From the IMG/VR virus record IMGVR_UViG_2879754190_000001: a DNA stretch of 18,208 bases. One strand, given 5' to 3'. The notes beneath the pieces were generated by a model that was not told the origin of the DNA, did not search any database, and saw only the letters and a list, made by a program, of their open reading frames with translations. Numbering within the stretch: the stretch's first letter is position 1; each line of letters opens with the position of its first letter. Of this stretch, positions 11,320 through 18,208 are shown one piece after another. The translations under genes and the position numbers were made by a program. The DNA is from a virus. Taxonomy: Duplodnaviria > Heunggongvirae > Uroviricota > Caudoviricetes.

Positions 11320-12737
11320 TGCCTATTCAGCAACTTCCGCTTATGAAAGGTGTCGGCAAAGACTTCCGAAACGCCGACTATATCGACTATCTGCCAGTGA
11401 ATATGCTGGCTACACCCAAAGAAATCCTGAACAGCAGCGGATATCTTCGCTCATTCCCGGGCATTGCCAAACGTTCTGACGTGAACGGTGTATCTCGCGG
11501 CGTCGAGTACAACATGGCGCAGAATGCTGTTTATCGCGTGTGTGGCGGCAAGCTGTACAAAGGAGAAAGTGAAGTCGGTGATGTTGCCGGAAGTGGTCGT
11601 GTATCAATGGCGCATGGTCGGACATCACAGGCGGTAGGCGTTAATGGTCAACTGGTCGAGTATCGCTATGATGGCACGGTCAAAACCGTCTCAAACTGGC
11701 CTACAGACAGTGGATTCACTCAGTATGAGTTAGGTTCAGTTCGCGACATTACGCGCTTACGTGGGCGTTATGCGTGGTCAAAAGACGGAACTGATTCATG
11801 GTTTATCACTGACCTTGAAGACGAATCTCATCCTGACCGTTACAGCGCACAATATCGTGCCGAGTCTCAGCCTGACGGCATCATCGGTATCGGGACATGG
11901 CGAGACTTCATCGTCTGCTTTGGTTCATCGACTATTGAATATTTCTCCCTGACTGGCGCAACCACCGTTGGTGCCGCTTTGTATGTTGCACAACCATCGC
12001 TGATGGTGCAGAAAGGCATTGCCGGAACTTACTGCAAAACGCCATTCGCTGATTCGTATGCGTTTATCAGCAATCCGGCAACGGGTGCGCCGTCTGTGTA
12101 TATCATCGACTCCGGTCAGGTGTCACCAATTGCCAGCGCGAGCATTGAGAAAATCCTCCGCTCCTACACTGCTGATGAACTGGCTGATGGTGTGATGGAA
12201 TCGCTGCGATTTGATGCTCATGAGTTGCTGATTATCCACCTTCCGCGTCACGTCCTCGTGTACGACGCATCTTCAATCGCCAATGGCCCACAATGGTGTG
12301 TGCTGAAAACAGGTCTGTATGACGATGTGTACCGCGCTATCGACTTCGTTTACGAAGGCAATCAGATAACGTGCGGCGATAAGCTGGAATCTGTTACCGG
12401 GAAACTGCAATTCGATATCAGCAGCCAGTACGACAAGCAACAGGAACACCTGCTGTTTACTCCACTCTTCAAAGCGGATAACGCCAGAGTGTTCGACCTT
12501 GAGGTTGAATCGTCAACTGGCGTTGCGCAGTACGCCGACCGCCTTTTTCTCTCTGCAACCACTGACTGCATCAATTACGGGCGTGAGCAGATGATTGAGC
12601 AGAATGAACCGTTCGTTTACGACAAGCGTGTTTTGTGGAAGCGAGTAGGGCGCATCAGGAAAAATGTCGGCTTCAAATTGCGCGTTATCACGAAGTCACC
12701 TGTCACTCTGTCTGGCGCTCAGATAAGGATTGAGTAA
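11319..12737 (+). CDS. Tail accessory protein, P22 gp10-like (472 aa)
   Basis: Position after gp4; same length as P22 gp10 (472 aa); TAATG start/stop overlaps on both sides. Confidence 0.75.
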   Translation: MPIQQLPLMKGVGKDFRNADYIDYLPVNMLATPKEILNSSGYLRSFPGIAKRSDVNGVSRGVEYNMAQNAVYRVCGGKLYKGESEVGDVAGSGRVSMAHGRTSQAVGVNGQLVEYRYDGTVKTVSNWPTDSGFTQYELGSVRDITRLRGRYAWSKDGTDSWFITDLEDESHPDRYSAQYRAESQPDGIIGIGTWRDFIVCFGSSTIEYFSLTGATTVGAALYVAQPSLMVQKGIAGTYCKTPFADSYAFISNPATGAPSVYIIDSGQVSPIASASIEKILRSYTADELADGVMESLRFDAHELLIIHLPRHVLVYDASSIANGPQWCVLKTGLYDDVYRAIDFVYEGNQITCGDKLESVTGKLQFDISSQYDKQQEHLLFTPLFKADNARVFDLEVESSTGVAQYADRLFLSATTDCINYGREQMIEQNEPFVYDKRVLWKRVGRIRKNVGFKLRVITKSPVTLSGAQIRIE

Positions 12738-13534
12738 TGGCTGATTCGAATCTCAATGTGCCGGTAATCATCCAAGCTACGCGGCTCGATACATCAGTCC
12801 TTCCACGCAATATCTTCTCGCAGTCGTATCTGCTTTACGTTATCGCACAGGGCACTGATGTTGGTAACGTGGCTAACAAAGCCAACGAGGCCGGACAGGG
12901 CGCTTATGATGCACAGGTCAGGAACGATGAGCAGGATGTGATTCTCGCTGACCATGAGCAGCGAATTTCTGCTGCGGAAGCAACGCTTGTTAATCATGAG
13001 GAGCGAATCAGACAGGCAGAATCAACTCTTCAGGACCATGAAACACGAATAGCTCAGAATGAAAGCGATATTTCGTCGCTTGACACAAGAGTTCAGTCGC
13101 TGGAGTCGCAGGTTTCAGACCATGAAACGCGCATCGATGCTCTGGAGTATGCAACCACACGCAAGAAGTCAGAGGTTGTTTACTCTGGTGTATCTGTAAC
13201 CATCCCGACAGCGCCGACCAACCTTGTTAGCCTGCTGAAAACGCTCACACCGTCATCCGGCTCGTTGGCACCATTCTTCGACACCGTTAACAACAAGATG
13301 GTTGTGTTCAACGAGAACAAAACCCTGCTCTTCAAGTTGTCGATTGTCGGCACGTGGCCCAGCGGAACCGCCAACAGGTCAATGCAGCTAACCTTTTCCG
13401 GCTCTGTTCCTGACACACTGGTCAGCAGTCGTAATGCGGCGACAACAACCGACAACATCCTGTTAGCTACGTTCTTCAGCGTGGATAAAGACGGCTTTCT
13501 TGCCACAACCATCAAGATAATCGCGGAGCAGTGA
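12737..13534 (+). CDS. Tail needle (P22 gp26 family) with a conserved N-terminal domain, coiled-coil repeats and a divergent C-terminal domain (265 aa)
   Basis: N-terminus [43 protein letters not shown]...[20 protein letters not shown] matches the gp26 N-terminus as I recall it; central DHE.RI heptad-type repeats; the C-terminal 120 aa do not resemble P22 gp26. Confidence 0.8.
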   Translation: MADSNLNVPVIIQATRLDTSVLPRNIFSQSYLLYVIAQGTDVGNVANKANEAGQGAYDAQVRNDEQDVILADHEQRISAAEATLVNHEERIRQAESTLQDHETRIAQNESDISSLDTRVQSLESQVSDHETRIDALEYATTRKKSEVVYSGVSVTIPTAPTNLVSLLKTLTPSSGSLAPFFDTVNNKMVVFNENKTLLFKLSIVGTWPSGTANRSMQLTFSGSVPDTLVSSRNAATTTDNILLATFFSVDKDGFLATTIKIIAEQ

Positions 13535-13989
13535 TGATTACATTCAAACCAACGCGAAACATCGACCTGATAGAAGCAGTCGGAAATCACCCTGACATTA
13601 TCGCCGGGAGCAACAACGGTGATGGATACGACTACAAACCTGAATGCCGTTACTTTGAGGTGAACGTGCACGGTCAGTTTGGCGGCATTGTTTACTATCA
13701 GGAGATTCAGCCGCTGACATTAGATTGCCACGCCATGTACCTGCCAGAGATTCGCGGCTTCAGCAAGGAAATTGGGCTGGCGTTCTGGCGATACATTCTG
13801 ACTAACACCACCGTTCAGTGCGTAACATCGTTCGCTGCACGCAAATTCCGACACGGTCAGATGTACTGCGCAATGATTGGCCTTAAGCGTGTAGGAACCA
13901 TCAAGAAATACTTCAAAGGCGTGGATGACGTGACTTTTTACAGCGCCACACGCGAAGAACTAATCGACTTCCTGAATCACGGGAGATAG
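13534..13989 (+). CDS. Hypothetical protein in the P22 gp14 position (151 aa), Cys/His-containing
   Basis: ORF coupled to the tail needle stop (TGATG); [25 protein letters not shown]...KPECRYFEVNVHGQFGG...LDCHAMYLPEIRGF...; assignment by position only (P22 gp14 is 176 aa). Confidence 0.5.
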   Translation: MITFKPTRNIDLIEAVGNHPDIIAGSNNGDGYDYKPECRYFEVNVHGQFGGIVYYQEIQPLTLDCHAMYLPEIRGFSKEIGLAFWRYILTNTTVQCVTSFAARKFRHGQMYCAMIGLKRVGTIKKYFKGVDDVTFYSATREELIDFLNHGR

Positions 13990-13991
13990 CC

Positions 13992-14684
13992 ATGTTATAT
14001 GCATTTAAGCTGGGCAGAAAACTGCGCGGCGAGGAACCTTATTGCCCTGAAAAAGGCGGGAAAGGTGGCAGTTCTGATAAAAGCGCAAAGTATGCAGCAG
14101 AAGCCCAGAAGTATGCTGCAGACCTGCAAAATCAGCAGTGGCAGACGATCATGAAAAACCTTGCTCCGTTCACGCCTCTTGCGGAGCAGTATGTTAACCA
14201 GCTTCAGAACCTTTCCAGTTTAGAAGGTCAGGGGCAGGCACTTAATCAGTATTACAACTCTAAGCAGTATAAAGACCTTGCAGGGCAGGCGCGTTACCAG
14301 AGTCTTGCTGCTGCGGAGGCGACGGGTGGACTTGGTTCGACAGCCACAAGCAATCAACTGGCTACGATCGCGCCGACACTCGGTCAGTCTTGGTTATCAA
14401 ATCAGATGAGCAATTACAACAATCTGGCAAACGTTGGGCTTGGTGCGCTGCAAGGTCAGGCAAACGCCGGGCAGACGTACGCCAACAACATGAGCAGCAT
14501 TGCACAGCAAAGCGCAGCTCTTGCCGCTGCTAATGCCAATAAACCATCAAGTCTTCAGACTGCAATTAGCGGTGGCACGTCTGGTGCGATTGCCGGTGCA
14601 GGTCTTGCCAGCCTTTTGGGAACATCAACGCCTTGGGGCGCTGGTATTGGTGCTGGTATCGGATTGCTTGGCTCGTTGTTTTAA
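13992..14684 (+). CDS. Ejection (internal virion) protein, P22 gp7-like (230 aa)
   Basis: Position and length (P22 gp7 is 229 aa); Q/A/N-rich low-complexity body with a glycine-rich hydrophobic C-terminus (GAIAGAGLASLLG...GAGIGAGIGLLGSLF). Confidence 0.6.
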   Translation: MLYAFKLGRKLRGEEPYCPEKGGKGGSSDKSAKYAAEAQKYAADLQNQQWQTIMKNLAPFTPLAEQYVNQLQNLSSLEGQGQALNQYYNSKQYKDLAGQARYQSLAAAEATGGLGSTATSNQLATIAPTLGQSWLSNQMSNYNNLANVGLGALQGQANAGQTYANNMSSIAQQSAALAAANANKPSSLQTAISGGTSGAIAGAGLASLLGTSTPWGAGIGAGIGLLGSLF

Positions 14685-14693
14685 GGGGGAATC

Positions 14694-16025
14694 ATGGCTA
14701 CTTGGCAAGGAACAAACGGCGGATTGTTGGCTGGTATCGGCGGCGTCAACTCAAACGCTCCGAGCGTAAATGACATCGGCAATACGCTTCAGCTTATCAG
14801 GCAGAACAATGATATTGAGCGTTCAGGCGCTAACAATGTTGGGCTGACTGCTTTGCAAGGTCTTTCAGGTATTGCGGGTGTTTTTCAGCAGGAAAAGCAG
14901 GCTCAGCGGCAGAAAGAATTTCAGCAGGCGTACGCTAATGCTTATGCGTCTGGTGATCGCGGTGCTTTGCGTCAGTTGGCTACTCAATATCCAGACCAGA
15001 TTGAATCCGTTCGTAAAGGCATGGGATTCATTGATGAAGAGCAGCGTAATTCTATCGGCACCTTAGCGGCTGGCGCACGCCTTGCGTCATCGTCTCCAGA
15101 AGCAATGCAATCATGGCTGCAAAACAACGCCGGTGAGTTAGCTCGTGTTGGCGTTAATCCTCATGACGTCGCTCAGATGTACCAACAGAACCCGCGGCAG
15201 TTCGGCGAATTTGTCGATCACCTGGGGATGAACAGTCTCGGGCCCGAAAAATACTTTGACCTACAGGATAAAATGCAGGGTCGCCAGGTTACCATGCGCG
15301 GTCAGGATCTGGATTCGCAAACCGCCGCTCGGAATCAGGCAATCACAATGCGCGGACAAGATATCCAGGCGAATTTAGGTCAGCAGCGCATTAATCTGGA
15401 CGCAGAAACAAACCGCATTAACAACGAAAATAAGCGCCTTGACCGGATGCTATCAGCAGAAACTAACGACCTGAAGCGCCAGGAAATACAGAGCCGCATA
15501 GCAGCCAACAACCAGCAGTTGCAGCAGAAGCAGCAAGCGCTAAATGATGGCTACAAAGACGGCATCAACACCCTCACAACCAGCATGTTCACTCTGAACG
15601 ATATCGTTAGTTCTCCTTCACTTAAGAGCATTACAGGCTTACGTGGAGTAATCCCCAACGTTCCAGGCTCACAGGCTGCAGACACTCAGGCACGACTTGA
15701 TACCTTTAAATCACAAGCATACCTGACAGCGGTTCAGGCCATGCGAGGCATGGGCGCACTTTCTGATGCCGAGGGCAAAAAGCTCGACCAGGCTGTTGGT
15801 TCGCTGCAGAACTCGCAGAGCGAGGAGTCCTTTCGTCGCAACGCTGGCGTCATCCTGAACACGCTCAACCAGAAGCGTAATGAGGCGGTTGGTAAGTACG
15901 TTCAGCAAAACGGTATCAAGCGAGTGGAAGCGCCTCAGGCTTCTATAGATTACCTGAAGCAGCACCCCGAGCTGTCAATCGACTTCATTAATCGCTACGG
16001 ATATCTTCCATCTTTGGGGCAGTAA
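14694..16025 (+). CDS. Ejection protein, P22 gp20-like (443 aa)
   Basis: Position in the conserved 7-20-16 order; Q/N-rich; GGGGG RBS upstream. Confidence 0.6.
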   Translation: MATWQGTNGGLLAGIGGVNSNAPSVNDIGNTLQLIRQNNDIERSGANNVGLTALQGLSGIAGVFQQEKQAQRQKEFQQAYANAYASGDRGALRQLATQYPDQIESVRKGMGFIDEEQRNSIGTLAAGARLASSSPEAMQSWLQNNAGELARVGVNPHDVAQMYQQNPRQFGEFVDHLGMNSLGPEKYFDLQDKMQGRQVTMRGQDLDSQTAARNQAITMRGQDIQANLGQQRINLDAETNRINNENKRLDRMLSAETNDLKRQEIQSRIAANNQQLQQKQQALNDGYKDGINTLTTSMFTLNDIVSSPSLKSITGLRGVIPNVPGSQAADTQARLDTFKSQAYLTAVQAMRGMGALSDAEGKKLDQAVGSLQNSQSEESFRRNAGVILNTLNQKRNEAVGKYVQQNGIKRVEAPQASIDYLKQHPELSIDFINRYGYLPSLGQ

Positions 16026-17756
16026 ATGGCTAATTACCGTGATTTGTTAGAGCAGGCTGGCGCACGTTACGGTGTGCCAGAAGGGTTGATGACTGCACTG
16101 GGTGCCAAGGAGTCTTCTTACAACCCTGCCGCAGTAAGCTCCGCCGGGGCTGTAGGATTGACTCAGGTCATGCCTGGGACATGGCGTGATATGGGTTATA
16201 CCGATGAGCAAATGCAAAACCCCGAATATCAGGCTGACGCTGGCGCGCGCTATCTGGCAAAGATGTACCAGCAGTTTGGTAACTGGCGTGACTCTCTTCA
16301 GGCTTATCACGACGGTCCCGGCAACGTTATGAAGGCAAAGCGTGGTGAATATACGCCAGGACCTGAAGGCCGCGGTTACGTTGATGATCGCTTTGCTCAA
16401 TGGGCTGGTGACCCGGTGACAGACTCAACAGTCGAACAGCGCGCCACCTCTGCAAAGGTACATCCTCAGCAAGACCCTAACAACCCGTTTGCACAACTGG
16501 AAGTACAGTCATCCGAACAAGTATCGGCATCAGGTGTGCAGTCAGACCCAAATAATCCATTTGCTCAGATTGAGCAGCAGGCAGCCAGTCAGCAGCCACC
16601 TCAACCCGTAAGTTCTGTCGCACCGAAACCTGTTCAGCAACAAACAGTTAATCAGGCCAATAATGCACCAACACGGGAAGAACCATCATTGATGCAACAA
16701 GCTGGCGATTGGCTCACTGGTGGTCAAAGTGCAGGGCAAATTGCAGAACAGGCTGGTCGTGGTCTGGTAAACATACCATTTGACGTATTGCAGGGTGGCG
16801 CAAGTCTGATTAATGCAATCAGTCAGGGGCTTGGGGGGCCAAAAGTATTGGATGATGTTTATCGTCCAGTAGACAGACCGACAGACCCCTACGCGCAAGC
16901 TGGAGAGTCAATAGGCGGTTATCTTGTTCCTGGAGCAGGTGTAGCTGGAAACATGGTCATTGGTTCTCTCGCTGACGCGGCGAATCAACGGGGTGATTTT
17001 GCCGAAAATGCCGCTATTAATGCCGGACTTAGCATTGCTACGCATGGCCTGATAAATGGCGTTACCCGTGGTGTTCGTGGTGCATCAAATATAATTAGTG
17101 GCAATAAAACATCTGCACAGAGAGCGACCACTGCGCCAACAGAAACATCACCATTCTCCGGTGATGCCGCTGCAGCAACAAATCCTGCGGTTCATGCCGC
17201 AGAGGCAAGAGTAGCACAAGGTGTACCAATGACGCCTGCGACGAAGAACCCAGAGGAAGTCGTTCGCACAGTAGCAGCACAAAAAAGGCCAAATCTCGCT
17301 TCATCGCTTGATGAACTAGATATCAATCCTCAGGCTGAAGTTCTGGAGTCTGCTGAAAGGCTTAATGTTGATTCATTACTCCCTTCACACTTTTCCGGGA
17401 ACGAGCAATACAAGGCAGTTGAGCAAGCAATCAAGTCCCGTGCGGGTTCTGCTCTACAGGTGCAGGAAAATGAAGCAATCAGGCAGCTAGCACAGGGCGC
17501 GGGTGAGATAATTGATCGCGTTTCCGGTGCAAAAGATGCTCTTGGTATGAGCGACAAGTTTATTGATACGGTCAATGGAAGAATGTCTGCGCTGATGAAA
17601 CGAAGCGACCAGCTTTATCGCAATGTTGAAAAGGCGATGCCTGCAGGTGCAAAAATTGATGCGCCATCAACAAGGTCAATGCTCAAACAGGTGGCAGAAG
17701 ATCTTGGCGGGATGAAAAACCTTGACCCTATTGAAAAGAGAGTTGAGGTAGCCTGA
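16026..17756 (+). CDS. Ejection protein, P22 gp16-position, carrying an N-terminal lytic transglycosylase (SLT) domain (576 aa)
   Basis: N-terminal ...[34 protein letters not shown]...[14 protein letters not shown]...AYHDGPGNV has the family-1 lytic transglycosylase motif pattern (ES / GLMQ-type / AYN-like); followed by a long A/Q/G-rich region. Confidence 0.7.
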   Translation: MANYRDLLEQAGARYGVPEGLMTALGAKESSYNPAAVSSAGAVGLTQVMPGTWRDMGYTDEQMQNPEYQADAGARYLAKMYQQFGNWRDSLQAYHDGPGNVMKAKRGEYTPGPEGRGYVDDRFAQWAGDPVTDSTVEQRATSAKVHPQQDPNNPFAQLEVQSSEQVSASGVQSDPNNPFAQIEQQAASQQPPQPVSSVAPKPVQQQTVNQANNAPTREEPSLMQQAGDWLTGGQSAGQIAEQAGRGLVNIPFDVLQGGASLINAISQGLGGPKVLDDVYRPVDRPTDPYAQAGESIGGYLVPGAGVAGNMVIGSLADAANQRGDFAENAAINAGLSIATHGLINGVTRGVRGASNIISGNKTSAQRATTAPTETSPFSGDAAAATNPAVHAAEARVAQGVPMTPATKNPEEVVRTVAAQKRPNLASSLDELDINPQAEVLESAERLNVDSLLPSHFSGNEQYKAVEQAIKSRAGSALQVQENEAIRQLAQGAGEIIDRVSGAKDALGMSDKFIDTVNGRMSALMKRSDQLYRNVEKAMPAGAKIDAPSTRSMLKQVAEDLGGMKNLDPIEKRVEVA

Positions 17757-17807
17757 GTTTAACGGACACTCCTTCCTGAAATAGAATGGCATCAGAAGGA
17801 GCTAATA

Positions 17808-17827
17808 ATGAGCAGAAAAACCCAACG
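17808..17827 (+). pseudogene. First 6-7 codons (MSRKTQR) of a gene truncated by the IS629 insertion
   Basis: AAGGAG RBS at 17796-17801, ATG at 17808, reading frame runs straight into the IS629 left end at 17828. Confidence 0.3.
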
Positions 17828-18208
17828 TGAACCGCCCCGGGAATCCTGGAGACTAAACTTCCTGAGAAAGAGGTAAACAGGATGACTAAAAATACTCGTT
17901 TTTCCCCCGAAGTCCGTCAACGGGCAGTCCGTATGGTTCTGGAAAGTCAGGGCGAATATGACTCACAATGGGCGACAATTTGTTCCATTGCCCCAAAGAT
18001 TGGCTGTACGCCGGAGACTCTGCGTGTCTGGGGTCGCCAGCATGAGCGGGATACCGGGGGCGGTGATGGAGGGCTCACCACCGCTGAACGTCAGCGTCTG
18101 AAAGAGCTGGAGCGTGAAAATCGTGAACTGCGCCGCAGTAACGATATCCTTCGCCAGGCTTCCGCTTATTTTGCGAAGGCGGAGTTCGACCGCCTCTGGA
18201 AAAAATGA
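17828..18208 (+). mobile_element. IS629 (IS3 family), left end plus complete orfA; the rest of the element lies beyond the window
   Basis: Left terminus TGAACCGCCCCGGGAATCCTGGAGACTAAACTTCCTGAGAAAGAGGTAAACAGG followed by an orfA matching IS629 OrfA from memory. Confidence 0.9.
17882..18208 (+). CDS. IS629 OrfA (transposase N-terminal DNA-binding protein, 108 aa)
   Basis: [108 protein letters not shown]; helix-turn-helix plus leucine-zipper-like C-terminus. Confidence 0.9.
   Translation: MTKNTRFSPEVRQRAVRMVLESQGEYDSQWATICSIAPKIGCTPETLRVWGRQHERDTGGGDGGLTTAERQRLKELERENRELRRSNDILRQASAYFAKAEFDRLWKK

Noticed and set aside
13180-13671. 163-aa minus-strand ORF overlapping the tail needle and gp14-slot genes
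   Set aside because: Antisense to two coupled + strand genes; no start context; spurious.

Overview
This window looks like an Escherichia/Shigella-type chromosomal region: an IS-bounded, decaying P22-like prophage late (morphogenesis) module. The order is: IS2 (1-1281, left tip off-window, transposase genes carrying several lesions); a 356-bp orphan segment with a minus-strand gene fragment (1282-1637); an IS911-like element (1638-5146) whose orfB is split at the DDE-motif codon by a 2265-bp group II intron (2395-4659; GUGUG 5' end, recognisable domain V, frameshifted reverse transcriptase/maturase); a P22-like structural operon on the + strand (5147-17756) running terminase large subunit (5'-truncated by IS911), portal, scaffold, coat, gp4-like, gp10-like, tail needle, a gp14-slot protein and three ejection-type proteins; and IS629 (17828-end), which cuts off the next gene after about 6 codons. 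All three IS elements and the intron protein gene carry inactivating lesions, while the twelve phage structural ORFs are full length. I did not find a CRISPR array, tRNA/rRNA gene, or an obvious defence operon; the unusual content is the nested mobile DNA and the apparently preserved capsid/ejection module. All identifications are from reading the translations against remembered protein families; no database search was run.
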